The translations under genes and the position numbers were made by a program. The notes under the pieces are model-generated. The model was not told the origin of the DNA. It was given only the letters and a program-made list of their open reading frames with translations, and did not search any database. From assembly GCA_950097015.1 (NCBI GenBank), contig CATNEN010000034.1, positions 3,286,001 to 3,350,000 of the forward strand: 64,000 nt of DNA, in the 5' to 3' direction. Every line of letters begins with the position of its first letter. Positions within the stretch are counted from its first letter, which is position 1. Shown here piece by piece: positions 12,001-26,464 of this stretch. The stretch is from Macrostomum hystrix (Eukaryota > Animalia > Platyhelminthes).

Positions 12001-15000
12001 TAACTTTCACAAATACGATAATTATGTCACAATTGACAGTTCGTCAGCAGCAGGAGACAAGTGCCGCAGATGCAGCCAGTGCTCAAGCTTTGTACGATAA
12101 ACTGAACTCTGAGGTTAGAATATTTTTTTACTGTTCGCACGGCAATCAGATACACAAGAAACTAATACTTAGTGGCAACATTTTGTTTTACTTGTAAAAC
12201 CGTTGTACTTTAAGATGGCCGAGAAGGTCGCCATGCTGGAGCAGTGTCAGGCGGCTCTGATGCAAGCCGGAGCATCCTGCGAATCGTTTCAGCATCGTAA
12301 TAAAGATCTGGAAGACTCGCTAGGTGAGCCTGCTTCTGTGCATCTTTGAGTTTGCGAGGCACCATATTATCTCATGATTTCATACCAAGCCAGACTTTTT
12401 CAAGCCCTTTTCAAATTCAAACTTCCCATTCTGAAACATTTTCGCATCTGTGGCAACAAATCTAAATCTGGAGGCGTTTTTTAGTATAGATTTTAGGACT
12501 TGTCATGTTTTGCTTATGTAGTTTTTTTTGTCTTGTTAAACTAATCGGATTTTTTACTTGGGCACGAGAAACGCCTTTGGCCGAAATGGGCTATCAGAAA
12601 TGCCTATAAAAATTATTGCGAGCTTTAGCTCCAAAGCTCCTTCCTCTTCCTTCCTTCCTCTTCTGCAAGTGAGCTCATTGTTTTCCGCGATGATTGCATG
12701 CATTACTGTTCATCACAATATTCATCATAGTGCATCCCTCTTCTACCTGTTGTTTTTTTTCGTGCTAGTCCAAACCCGCGCCGAGAAGCAGAGCCTCGAG
12801 GCCGAACTGGACGCTACCAAGCAGAAGCTGCAGTCGACATCCGAGGTGAGCGCGCAGCTGCAGGACGCCTTGACTGACCTAGGCGAGAAGCGAGATAGCC
12901 TGGCTGCCCAAGTGAGCGCTCTAAGCCAAGCCAAGGCGGCTGTCGAGAGCGAACTGTCCGACGCCATGGTGGCTCATCAGGGCCAGGTGGCGGAGCTCGA
13001 GCGCCAGCTGATGGAGTGCCGCCTAGAGACTGACGAGCTCAAGAACAAGTGAGTTATCGATTGGCTGCCCCCACATTTGAGGACATGGAGTTTGGAATAT
13101 ATCCGTAGCTATTACGCTGCTGTTCTGTCCGTAAACCGAGGAGGCTGTCATACCTGCAACCTTGATTTCTACCCTTAATTGACTTGCTTAAGGGCTGACT
13201 CATCCATAGGGCTGAGATTCGAACTCCCGAACTCACAGGAGTTCAAAGCTCCTCTTGTCTCCTTTGAAATTTGTCTAACTAAGTCTAACTTTATTCGGTT
13301 TCATTACGAGTATTTCATTAAACTAGATCATAGCTAATTCTTTAATTTTTTGTCAGTAAACTAGGTGATATATAACATTATTGCAGCATTATCGCGCTTA
13401 ATCACGACTTGGACGAAGCTAATTGCAGCCTAGCTGAGACGTCGGATAACCTCTGTAAGTATAGCTTTCAGCTAGATTCTGAATACACCCAATTTTTATG
13501 TGATTTCTCGACCATTTATCACCGTTCTCAGCCACCATGGAGTCCGAAGTGGCCCGCCAGGCTCGCGAACTTAGCAGCGCCAACCTAGAACGGGACGAGC
13601 TCAAAGCTCAGATTGAGACTATCGAGTTGGCCAAAGCTGAGTGCGAGTCCCTGTTGCTAGCGGCGTCTGCTGAGAATGACAGAATGAAGGACAAAATGTT
13701 GGCCGACGAGGAGCTCACGGACTCGCTCAAGGTGATTAGCCAGAAATCAATCTTTAGAAACTTTTCATCGATTTTTATTTTTATATATATATTTATTTTT
13801 ATTACTCATCCCCCAAAGAATCTTCCAGCACCCGTTTACTCGCTGAAACTTCCCCAGAGTCCAATCTGTTCACAAAGAATCCTCTGGAATCCTCAGTGTG
13901 CTCAATCAAAAAGTCCTCTAGAATCCCAGTGTGCTCAATCAAAAAGTTATCTGGAATCCTCAGTGTGCTCACTCAAAAAGTCCTCTGGAATCCCAGTGTG
14001 CTCAATCAAAAAGTTATCTGGAATCCTCAGTGTGCTCACTCAAAAAGTCCTCTGGAATCCTCAGTGTGCTCACTCAAAAAGTCCTCTGGAATCCTCAGTG
14101 TGCTCAATCAAAAAGTCTTAAAATACCAGTTTGCTCTCTCAAAAAGTCATGTAGTCCCAGTGTGCTCATTAAAAGCCTCATAGTGTCCCAGTGTGCTGAC
14201 AAAAAAGTCCTCCAGAAGCGTAGCATACTCTCCTTAGTCCATTACATTCTCCCATTTTAATTGTCCGTAACTGCAGGCCCAGCTAGCCGAGATGAGTGGC
14301 CTAATGCAGGAGGCTCGTACTGAGACTGATGAGAAGGCCAGGCTGCTCAACCAGCGAGATGAACTCAACAATATGCTTCAGTAAGTTTTTGTTGCTTCTC
14401 TATTTACGATGTGCTGTTTAATGTCACTGTGCAGTCTATTAAAAAATAATAATAATAATTAAAATACTCGAAGTAACTATAGCAAAATTGAAATGAACGT
14501 TGAAAATTCATAGAGACGAGATTCAACAGCTGAAGGACGACAAGGCGTCCATTTCCGAACGTATAATTGACATGGAATGCGAACTGGCCAGCCTCAAGTT
14601 TGACAGCAACGAGAAGCTGCACCAGCTTGAGTTGAACATCTGCGACCTGGAGTGAGACCCAGAAATATATTGCCTGGAATGGGATGATCAAATTTTGGGA
14701 TGGGATTGTCATATTGTCGGATGAGAAAATCTTCATTTCAAAGATGATTTTAATAGATAGGATGGGATTACGGGATTGTCATCATGTGGGGTGTGATGAA
14801 GCTGCGTACAAAAAATAAATAAGAATTGCAGGAGGGCTGCAGGCAATGGCACATCATTTTGTGACACTACTAGACCTGCAGCCAGCGAGGAGGCAATTCT
14901 GCCCATTTCGCTGACTCCTGAGCACACACGCGCACAGATACTGTACGCAGTCACGCACTCACACAGGTGTGTCCATCTGCCCTGACTTTGTCATCGTCAG

Positions 15001-16536
15001 GCAGTGTATACACTTTTACCATGCCTTGGAGGTTGGCCCTCATGGGCGTAAATGGCACGACAAGCACCCAAGCCTTCTCTCCGCGGCTGCGCCTCAGATG
15101 AAGGTGGCATCGCCGCGGAGTCGAGCTCAGAGACCTTGGTGCGAGAGGCAAACGCGTTCGACCGCTCTGCCACTTGCCCCCTAAGCTGCGTACACAAAAA
15201 TGAAGCGTTTTTTCCGATACAGGCAACAGCTGTCCGAGAAGATTAGTGAGGCCAGTCGTCTGTCTGAGCGGACTGCTTCGCTGGCCGCCGCCCGAGACGA
15301 AGCCACTCGCCAGCTGGCCGAATCCGCCGCCACTGTCGAGTCAGTCAGTGCCGCTCTGTCCCGTCGCGAGGCCGAACTGCGCGCCACTGAGAGCCGCGTT
15401 GCTGAGGCCGTCGCTCGCGCGGACGGTCTGCAAACCGGCGAGATGCCGCGCCTGCGAGCCGCCCTGACCGACGCCGAGGCCCGGGCCGACAAGGCTGAGA
15501 AGTCGGCCGCGTCGCTAGCCCAGGAACTGGCCGCTGTCGGGGCCGCTGTGCGCGAGAAGGACGCCCGCCTGGACGACCTGCGTCAGGAGCTGGGCGGCCT
15601 GCGCGACGCCATGGCGCTCGGATCCGCCTCGATGAAGTCGGAGTTTGCTGCCATGCTGGAGCGACTGTGCGAGGAGAAGGACAGGCAGCTGGCCGACAGG
15701 GAGGACGAGCTGGCCAATCTGAAGGAGCGCAGTCGCCAGGTTTGCCGCAATTCGCACGTGCTGATGTCTGTTTAGTCGACAGGAAATCTTACTATAAAAA
15801 ATATAGATTTAGAATAAGAATTAACTAACAGTGGCAACTTTTCCAGGCTGCCAGCACGAAGCCAAAAACTCCGGTCGCTGCCATAGCCGCCACCGTCGTT
15901 ATTGACGACTCGGCCGATGAAAACGCCGATCAGCATCAGCGCAGCTCGCCGACGCACCGCTCGCCCAAATCATTGCCGCCAACTAAGCCGATGGCGTCGA
16001 CGTCGCCACTGATGCGCCAGTCGACGCCTCGTTCGCCCCAGACGCCCGCCGCTGTCACTGCCGCGTCTCTGCGCACGCCGAAGTCCACGACTGCCAATGT
16101 CAGCGCTGGTCGAAGCCAGTCGGCCACGTCGACGCCGCCGCCGGAGCGTCAGCTAAACGTGAAATCACCCAGGAGCATTATGCGCCGTCAGGAGCCCTCT
16201 GTGAAGCGACGCAAGGTGCACTTCAACGAGCGCGACAATGCCATCGAGTTGCGCAGCGCCGATTCTCCGGCTGAGGCTACGGTGCGCTCAACTGCTAAAC
16301 ATCTAGTTTTGAGCCCTCCCCAGGTGAGCGCTGAGCCAGTGATTCCAATAAACTTCCTGAAGATTCTGAGCCTTCCTTCTAGATGAAAATTCTTCTCATC
16401 AAATTTCTTACAGGCCTCGCCTAACAGCCGGCGCGCGACCACGGCCAAAGTAGCCGCCCCGGCCGAGGACGAGGATAGCAACGACGGATTCTGGTTCGAC
16501 TCGGACCTGATCTTTAGCCAGAAGAATAAGGCTTAG
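9043..16536 (+). CDS. SYCP1: Synaptonemal complex protein 1-like transverse filament protein, 17 exons, about 1230 aa
   Basis: Exons 9043-9163, 9263-10316, 10490-10586, 11256-11321, 11462-11529, 11634-11707, 11815-11943, 12040-12113, 12215-12323, 12769-13048, 13387-13454, 13532-13731, 14277-14380, 14514-14651, 15223-15739, 15847-16323 (alternative donor at 16281) and 16414-16536. All are GT-AG and phase-compatible. The spliced AKLKDWGQRIRQ...IKEKETEI...RINGLHHLCVGLKDS...VELEKNLADSK aligns without gaps to the mammalian SYCP1 N-terminal region as I recall it (SKLYKEAEKIKK...LRQKESKL...ENNATRHLCNLLKET...EELRVQAENSR). A long coiled coil and an S/TP-rich basic tail follow. Confidence 0.75.
10069..10250 (+). 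repeat. 42-bp coding repeat, 4 copies of QRQSEHGQQMMMQP, in SYCP1-like exon 2
   Basis: cagcgccaatcggaacacggccagcaaatgatgatgcaacct begins at 10069, 10111, 10153 and 10195. Confidence 0.9.
10925..11150 (-). mobile_element. SINE family A, diverged partial copy, intronic
   Basis: cacatgcgcacacagatactgtacgcac...cacacaggtgtgtacatctgc...gattggccctgaagggcgtaaat matches the body of the 14815-15180 copy. Confidence 0.8.
13055..13240 (-). mobile_element. Probable tRNA-derived SINE (family C), intronic
   Basis: The minus strand carries a B-box-like gggagttcgaatctcagccct, shared with 37296-37366. Confidence 0.55.
13880..14200. repeat. 34-35-bp minisatellite, intronic
   Basis: Unit gtcctctggaatcctcagtgtgctcaatcaaaaa, about 8 copies. 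Confidence 0.9.
14815..15180 (-). mobile_element. tRNA-derived SINE family A, near full length
   Basis: The minus strand starts GGGGCAAGTGGCAGAGCGGTCGAACGCG (A box), then gagctcgactcc (B-box-like), then a non-tRNA body and an A/T-rich tail. Five related copies occur in the window. Confidence 0.88.
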
Positions 16537-17277
16537 AAGAACTAGTAAGAGAGGGCTCCGCGTATAACTGTACGCTTCATTCTTCGATAAACTAAGAAGC
16601 TGTTCATTTGTTGGGCCATGTTTATTGTTTTCGCTGTTTATTTGTCGAATGAATCCAAAGTCCTTGTGTTAGCGAAAAGCAAGTTTCTCTAATAGTCCAT
16701 CTAAAAGACACTGCGGTGCTGGCTACATTTATCCTTGTTTTGCTTTGCATCCCCTTCCAGTTGTTTAATCTCAAGCTTCATCTACCCAAACCACTTCACT
16801 TTGTTTTCGAGCAGCATAACTACCGATGCTACGTTTTTTGATAGAGCAAATGTCTTCAGAAGTGTTTACAATAACTCAAATCCATCAACAAAATGTTTTT
16901 TCTCTACCCAGTTTTTTTGTTTGTCTATTCTAACTCTGCTTAAAGCATTTAGCCTAGAACATTTTGTCACCTCTTTGGGCACGGCTTCTGTTTTGAAGTG
17001 AACTCCGCTTTGCAGCTAGAAACTTTTGTTATACTCTTTAATAAAAAGAAATAGAGTTTTTAGAGATAAAGTCCACGTTTTTTGTTATAGATTTGTTCAA
17101 CAGCATTTGGGTGTCTTTTAAACATTTCTTCTTTTTCCAAGCTATAAATTTCACAAGGCAACTAGACAACAAAATAGCATAAAAACACATTCTTGAAACC
17201 TATCTTTAGCCAAAATTATCATTAGCTAATATTAAATTTCTTCCTTAGAATTCAATACTTTCATTAGTTGCTGGGCT

Positions 17278-18691
17278 TCAATTTTCGAAATTAATGAACT
17301 CGCCGCGTGCCACCCTGTCCAGTTCGAGCTGGGCGTCGATTTCCTGACGCCAGCGGGCCGACAAATGAAAGCTGACGATGAAGACGGCCATTGCACACAC
17401 GTAGATCTGTACGCAGATCTGCTGCCAGTGATACCGACGCATGTAGGCTTCGGTGTAATACTTTGTCGGTATCATTTGATTGTATTGAGATGGTTGAATA
17501 ATCAGAGCCACAGCGAATACCATGATTGACACAGTCAGCAGGATCAGGCTCAGAATCGCCATGAGCAGGTCGCGACTGTGTCGGATAACAACAGTTTATA
17601 ATATATATTTTAATTACTAGGAGTGGATTTTACAGTGTCCTACTGACAATGACTTAAAGTTGGAGAGGACTGACCAGTTTTCCTACTGACACCTCGTTTG
17701 GGCTGACCAGTTTTCCTACTGAAAACTCGTGTGGGCGACCAGTTTTCCTACTGACAAGTTGTGGGCTGACCAGTTTTCCTACTGACAAGTTGTGGGCTGA
17801 CCAGTTTTCCAACTGACAAGTCGTGTGGGCTGACCAGTTTTCCTACTGACAAGTCGTGTGGGCTGACCAGTTTTCCTACTGACAATTTGTGGGCTGACCA
17901 GTTTTCCAACTGACAACTCGTGTGGGCTGACCAGTTTTCCTACTGACAAGTTGTGGGCTGACCAGTTTTCCTACTGACAAGTTGTGGGCTGACCAGTTTT
18001 CCTACTGACAAGTTGTGGGCTGACCAGTTTTCCTACTGACAACTCGTGTGGGCTGACCAGTTTTCCAACTGACAACTCGTGTGGGCTGACCAGTTTTCCA
18101 ACTGACAACTCGTGTGGGCTGACCAGTTTTCCTACTGACAATTTGTGGGCTGACCAGTTTTCCAACTGACAAGTCGTGTGGGCTGACCAGTTTTCCTACT
18201 GACAAGTTGTGGGCTGTCCAGTTTTCCAACTGACAAGTTGTGGGCTGACCAGTTTTCCTACTGACAACTCGTGTGGGCTGACCAGTTTTCCTACTGACAA
18301 CTCGTGTGGGCTGACCAGTTTTCCTACTGACAAGTCGTGTGGGCTGACCAGTTTTCCTACTGACAACTGGAGTCGGGTTTTCACTGAGGGCATGCTTGCG
18401 AAAGCCTGTGATTAACATTAGCTAGCTGAACCTTTTAAACAGCCGCAGCAGCGTCGGGTTCTTCCGCAGCTCATCCCACAGAGTAAACTGCTGCAACTCA
18501 GCTTCTGGCACCAGTTCGGTCACCGAATCGCGCGGCCTGTCAGAAGTCCTCGGCTTTGACCGGACGGTTTTGTAGCTGGCTATCTGCGAGATGTTCAGAC
18601 TGGCCAGAGCTGCTTTGCGGATGCCATCAAGATCCCAGGATTCGCGACGCTCCTCTGTCACATTTACTGGCTGGGTGTCCGACTCGGCCAT
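17278..18691 (-). CDS. Two-exon uncharacterized membrane protein with two predicted TM helices, about 185 aa
   Basis: Exon 1 is 18691-18432 (MAESDTQ...LRLFK) and exon 2 is 17575-17278. The phase-2 junction gives K-S-RDLLMAILSLILLTVSIMVFAVALII...QQICVQIYVCAMAVFIVSFHL. The donor is a weak GTTCAG. Confidence 0.6.
17668..18368. repeat. 30/32-bp minisatellite, intronic
   Basis: Unit gggctgaccagttttcctactgacaagttgt with a 32-bp variant (aactcgtgt). Confidence 0.95.
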
Positions 18692-18840
18692 TCTGTCTTG
18701 CTTTTCTGGCCGAGATAAAGTTATATTTTGATAAGTTAGAGGTATTATCCTACCCTTCTATATCGTTGACTTTAAATAGCACATATAAGGTTCTGTGGTC
18801 CAAATGAGCTATCCTTGCAAGAAAAGCTATTTTTAGAATT

Positions 18841-19060
18841 GGGGGTTGTAGCCTCGTGGTTAGAGACGCTTTAGAGCGTCGGACTCACGACGTGTCGTTT
18901 CAGGGGTTCGATTCCAGACTCCACTTGAACAACCTGTCTTTTAGCAAGACAATTAGCCCTGCATTGCTTCAGTTTACCCAGCAGTTAAATGGGTACCAGC
19001 ATCAGCTGGGGTAATTAAGGGTGGGTGTGGCATTCCCCCAGTCCATGGACTGAACAGCAA
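18841..19060 (+). mobile_element. tRNA-derived SINE family B with CORE-like central domain
   Basis: Head gggggttgtagcctcgtggttaga...ggggttcgattcc, centre agcaagacaattagccctgcattgcttcagtttacccagcagttaaatgggtacc, 3' end ccagtccatggactgaacagc. An inverted copy lies at 32780-32990. Confidence 0.85.
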
Positions 19061-19520
19061 AACTGTAATGATTCGTTTGGACAAAATGCTAGGATCGTAG
19101 CAGGAACCGATTTTGAAGCTAGATTTTTGTAACCTTTCTAGTACTTTGTGTCTCTGGTCGAATAATGCATTTCCATCTCATAGTTGGGGTTGGGGTTGCA
19201 CACCTCAATTAGTGCAGCTGAAAAATCGACAGGATTTTAAAGCATTGCGGATGTCTGCAATCTTCACACAGTTGCAGCAATTATAAATGTGAAGGACGCA
19301 GTCATTAGTTAGTGTACCGATTCAACTTGCTACAAAAAAATATCGCAAAAATGTACTTTGTTCAAGCCTATCGCCATAGACCAAAGTCCAAAGCAACAGT
19401 GGACCGGGTAGACAGCTTCATTAGGGGCTCAAAATTGATCCGAGTCGCATTTTCAACCACAGCAAAGCGCGGCAAAAGCTTCACAAAAAGTCAACTTGTT
19501 ATTCATAACAAAATAAGAGA

Positions 19521-19820
19521 ATGTTCGGGCCTGTCCATGCCAGCGAAATCCCGCCCGAGGTGTGTTACTCCAACTGTCCGAGGATCTATCCCAGACCGGT
19601 GGAAGAGGAATCAATTGAATTGCTCATCAATTCCTTGCCAGAAGAGTACAGAACTGATGCCGGCAAAAAGATCTACAGCGAGCGGGACAAACCTTGCTAC
19701 CTGCTGTTCCAATTCCACAGGTCGCAGTGCCGAGCTCTGCGCAACTACCTCATCTCCAGCTCATCCAGGCTTGAGGTTTGTAAGGCGTTTTGGCATCTCC
19801 AAACTATATGATCTGCTTTC

Positions 19821-19899
<79 letters not shown>

Positions 19900-20878
19900 T
19901 GCAAGAGCACTGCGGGCAATGGCACAACATTTGGTGACACTACTAGACCCGCAGCCAGCGAGGAGGCAATTCTGCCCATTTCGCTGACTCCTGAGTGTGT
20001 CCATCTGCCCTGAATTTCTCATCGTCAGGCAGTGTATACACCTTTACTATGCCTTGAAGGTTGGCGCTCAAGGGCGTAAATTGCACGACAAGCACCCAAG
20101 CCTTCTCTCCGCGGCTGCGCTCCAAATGAATCGAGCTCAGGAAAAAAAATTCGAGAGGCGAACGCGTTAGACCGCTCCGCCACTTGCTCTCTAGCAGTAC
20201 AAATTAACCAATCATCTCGCACGACAGATGATGGCCGGCACGTACTGTGGAATCTCTACAAAGGTGTTTAACGTTGGCAGCAACATACTGGAGCCCAATG
20301 CATCCATCGGTATCCTGCGTTTCAAGAACACCAGCAGCGCTTATCGCTTTGTGATTTCGGAGAATCGTTTTAACCGACAGGAGTTCCTAGGCGGCCATTT
20401 CGACATCTGGAACCTGACGCTGATTGCCGAGGACCAGTCGGTAATTCCCAATCCGACCAATCCGGACAAGATGGTCAACCACATGAACGTGCTGCACCTT
20501 ATCCAGGTGCGCAACTGTGTTCACCTGCCCGAGAAGATGAAGGAAGTGACTGCTGCGGCTCGCGCTAAAGCGGAGTCGGACGCGGCCGAGGCTCAGAAGC
20601 AAATGGAGGAGGCGCTAAGCTCCGTGGCAGACTTCCAGGGCCGCTGGGTGGTGCAAACTAGCGCCGCAGCCCGGCTGAGATTCATGCCAGTGGGCGGCAA
20701 GAACAAAGAGCCCGGCATGCTCGTCTACGCGACCCAGTGGAAAGGAGTCTATCATTTCTGGCAGTGGTTTGAAAGTGAACAGGGTCGCAAGTTTTTTAGC
20801 CTGATAAAGAACTTTACTGGTAGCAACTATGAATCTTTGCTGCTAACCCTCTGCTTGGACTTTCACGACCTGATGTAA
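19521..20878 (+). CDS. Two-exon protein with two DUF1330-like (dimeric alpha+beta barrel) repeats, 301 aa
   Basis: Exon 1 is 19521-19775 (GAG|gtttgt) and exon 2 is 20228-20878 (acag|ATG), phase 0. Repeat 1: YLLFQF...NYLISSSSRLEMMAGTY...IGILRFKNTSSAYRF. Repeat 2: VLHLIQV...SSVADFQGRWVVQT...VYATQWKGVYHFWQWFESEQGRKF. Confidence 0.7.
19824..20190 (-). mobile_element. tRNA-derived SINE family A with long (TTA)n tail, filling most of an intron
   Basis: Head GAGCAAGTGGCGGAGCGGTCTAACGCG at 20190. The body matches 14815-15180, and (AAT)n of about 25 units lies at 19824-19898. Confidence 0.9.
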
Positions 20879-21289
20879 AAGGTCGCGCTATTTGATCAAC
20901 TTCGCCGGCTTACTTTCCGTCTGGAAGATGAGCAGAACTCACAAAAATCAATATTTTAAGCGACCTAAGCATGTATTTTATCCTATTTTAATGTGCAATA
21001 CAATCAATTATTTCTATCTACATACTTTACTGTTCATTTTCAGTAGAGAGGCAACAATTTAAATTAGAATTACTCCTATCAGCCAGTCTCGCTCCATCAG
21101 TCAGCCCCTGTCTCCAGCCTCATTAAATAAAAACTGTCTCAACTCAAACTTTCTACTTTATTGCACAAATAGACGCCATAATTCTGCGATAATCATCGAT
21201 ACCAGCCTGCGTGAGTTCATTTTTTTCAAGCTACACTAGCGCAAAACATTCCTTGTGTTGTTTAGTATCTGCTTTCTTATGGGCGGATG

Positions 21290-21830
21290 GGGTGGGTGGA
21301 ATGGAGTGGGGTGGATGAAGCAGGGAGGTGGGTGACGTAGTGAGGTGGGTGAAGTTGTGATGTTAGTTAGGTGTCTGTGGCCCTAAGCAGGTTCTCTGTG
21401 TCGGTGCAGCGACTGTACTCGATGGCGCCGGAGTCGCTTGCCGAACTGGATGTGTGGATCCTCATTGGTAAGCGCGACCACTTCAAAGGCTTCTTGAAGA
21501 GTCAAGTTGTTGGAGGAGTGAGACGGTCGGGGGAGTGAGGTGGTCGCATGGTCGGAGGAGTGAAGTTGTCAGAGGACTGAGGTGGTCTGGGAAGTGAGGT
21601 GGTCAGATGAGTGAGGTGGTCAGATGAGTGAGGTGGTCGAAGGAGTGGGTGGTTTTAGGAGTGACGTGGTCGGAGGAGTGAGGTGGTCGGAGGAGTGAGG
21701 CGGTCGGAGGAGTGAGGTGGTCGAAGGAGTGAGGTGGTCGAAGGAGTGAGGTGGTCGAAGGAGTGTGATGGTGGCTGGTGGAGTGAGACGGCTGGTGGAG
21801 TGAGGTGGCTGGTGGAGTGAGATGGCTGGT
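21290..21830. repeat. GGAGTGAGGTGG-family degenerate 17-18-bp repeat
   Basis: Repeated ggagtgaggtggtcg and ggagtgaggtggctggt motifs. Confidence 0.85.
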
Positions 21831-22219
21831 GGAGTGAGCTCACAGTACTGACAGCTCAAAGCACTGAGAGCTCACAGTACTGACAGCTCACAGCACTAAT
21901 AGCTAATAGTGAGAACTTGTAAAAGTGGCGAAAACATGTTCAATTAGTATTTCGGATTCACCAGCATTAAAAAATGGTGCAAAAGAGATAAACGATTTAC
22001 GAGCTATAACGACTCGCAGAATACCGGATGCGCAGGCGGCAGACCTGCAGCTGACCGAAGCCAATTTTCGAGTACCCGGAAGTCGAGCAGGAAGTCGATG
22101 ATTATAGCTAGTGGAATCCGCAGACTGGCCTGGCCCTGCAATAAAAGAACAATCGGAGCTCGCTACAGGGAGGAAATTTCATACGAGCCTCTGAACTGTC
22201 CCACTGACTTTGTGCCACC

Positions 22220-24475
<2,256 letters not shown>

Positions 24476-24744
24476 TACTGACTATTTTAGCTCCAGACCA
24501 CATTTGGGAGCAGCGTCGGTTAAACAGCGAATCTATTGCGAACTGCAAATATATAACTGAAAACACAAAATTAACCATTACCTTACGAGCGTACTTTCGA
24601 TAGCCATTCTGGTGGTGTTTCCTACCTGCGACTAAAAATAAACTATTTTCTTCATATTATATTTCTTATCTTTACCTAAACAGCATGTGCTCATACGAGC
24701 TACAAATTTTGTGTAATTCTTGCATTTTTTGCTGGTTCATCTAA

Positions 24745-25490
24745 TGTAAGGTGGCTTGTGGAGTGAGGTGGCTTGTGGAGTGAGGTGGCTTGTGGAGTGA
24801 GGTGGCTTGTGGAGTGACGTGGCTTGTGGAGTGAGTTGGCTTGTGGAGTGAGGCGGCTTGTGGAGTGACATGACTGGTGGAGTGAGGTAGCTGGTGGAGT
24901 GAGGTGGCTGGTGGAGTGATGTGGCTGGTGGAGTGAGGTGGCTGGTGGAGGGAGGTGGCTTGTGGAGTGAGTTGGCTTGTGGAGTGACATGACTGGTGGA
25001 GTGAGGTGGCTGGTGGAGTGAGGTGGCTGGTGGAGTGACATGACTGGTGGAGGGAGGTGGCTTGTGGAGTGAGTTGGCTTGTGGAGTGACATGACTGGTG
25101 GAGTGAGGTGGCTGGTGGAGTGAGGTGGCTGGTGGAGTGACATGACTGGTGGAGTGAGGTGGCTGGTGGAGGGAGGTGGCTTGTGGAGTGAGTTGGCTTG
25201 TGGAGTGACATGACTGGTGGAGTGAGGTGGCTGGTGGAGTGAGGTGGCTGGTGGAGTGACATGACTGGTGAAGTGAGGTGGCTAATGGAGTGAGGTGGCT
25301 TGTGGAGTAAGGTGGCTTGTGGAGTAAGGTGGCTTGTGGAGTAAGGTGGCTTGTGGAGTGGCATGAGGTGGCTTGTGGAGTGAAGTGGCTGGTGGAGTGA
25401 GGTGGCTGGTGGAGTGAGGTAGCTGGTGGAGTGAGGTGGCTTGTGGAGTGAGGTGGCTGGTGGAGTGATGTATCTGCTAGAGTGAGGTGT
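24745..25490. repeat. GGAGTGAGGTGG-family 18-bp minisatellite
   Basis: Units gtggagtgaggtggcttg / gtggagtgaggtggctgg / gtggagtgacatgactgg, about 40 copies. Confidence 0.93.
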
Positions 25491-26464
25491 GGGCCATAGT
25501 AGACGTAAAGAATGGATGAATTAATGCGGTGCATTTAGCGCTTCGCATGGTGTTTCAGTCCAAGCAGGGTCTGGGACTGGAAATGATCAAATTGGACACG
25601 CAAAGTACTTAAAACGGCATTTTGCCAGCCTTGTAGGTATCGATCGACAGTAGAGTTGACCTTGCTGTACCCAGCATTGGTTTTTATTGATAAAATTTCA
25701 TATTTTTTAAGGAAAGAATTAAAGACAGGCTAGGCTAGATTGTGACAGCGCAGGGCACGGAAAGTGTGGCAGAGACAGAAGCCCCACTCTTGAAGAAACT
25801 TTACGATTTTGAGAAGTAAAGGAGGCAGTCAGTGAATGAGAAATATAAAGCGCGTCTATGTACAATGTGGGTCGTTGGAGCTGGGATCATTCGCGGGTGC
25901 GTGTGTACCGAGTCGGGAAAAGCGGACACTACCGATACTACTAAGAGTAACCTAAGGCCGCCATGCGGGAACTTTCAAATAAAAAACGCGAAAAAAACCC
26001 TTGCCAGAAGAATTGGCGAGTTCTTGTTGGAGTCGCAAGAAAATTTAGAAAAAAATTGCAAGCAGAAACAGGAGGCGGTTTGACCTACAATGTCTGGGGT
26101 GCGTGAACTATTGGACAACAGAGGCAGGAATTTGTAATTCCGTGTTTTGCAGAGAAACCAAATAGCATTTTTGGGTGTCAATAGCAGAAGCATTTTTCAG
26201 GCTCAAATGTGTTGCACAACACTAACAGATTGGTCCCCGAACAAGAAATATAATAGCAAGTATTGGGACGCATTCGCACAGGCTGGTGCATGGCACAATG
26301 TCACATATTTGATTGTCTCTCACTCCTCTCCATCGAATTGTCATTACGTTCCAGTCGGTGGCGACATTTTGTACGAAATTTCAGAAAGTCTTGCACAATG
26401 CACACGCTTATATTTCTACTTTCAGTAGGCTATCAAGCGCAAATTCTTCGTTTTATATTTTTCG

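Noticed and set aside
21391-22110. Possible small exons (21391-21467, about 22021-22110) and a minus-strand ...PHIQFGKR neuropeptide-like word
   Set aside because: Splice-like signals exist, but I could not build a consistent ORF with a start or a recognisable product. They may be UTR exons or chance.
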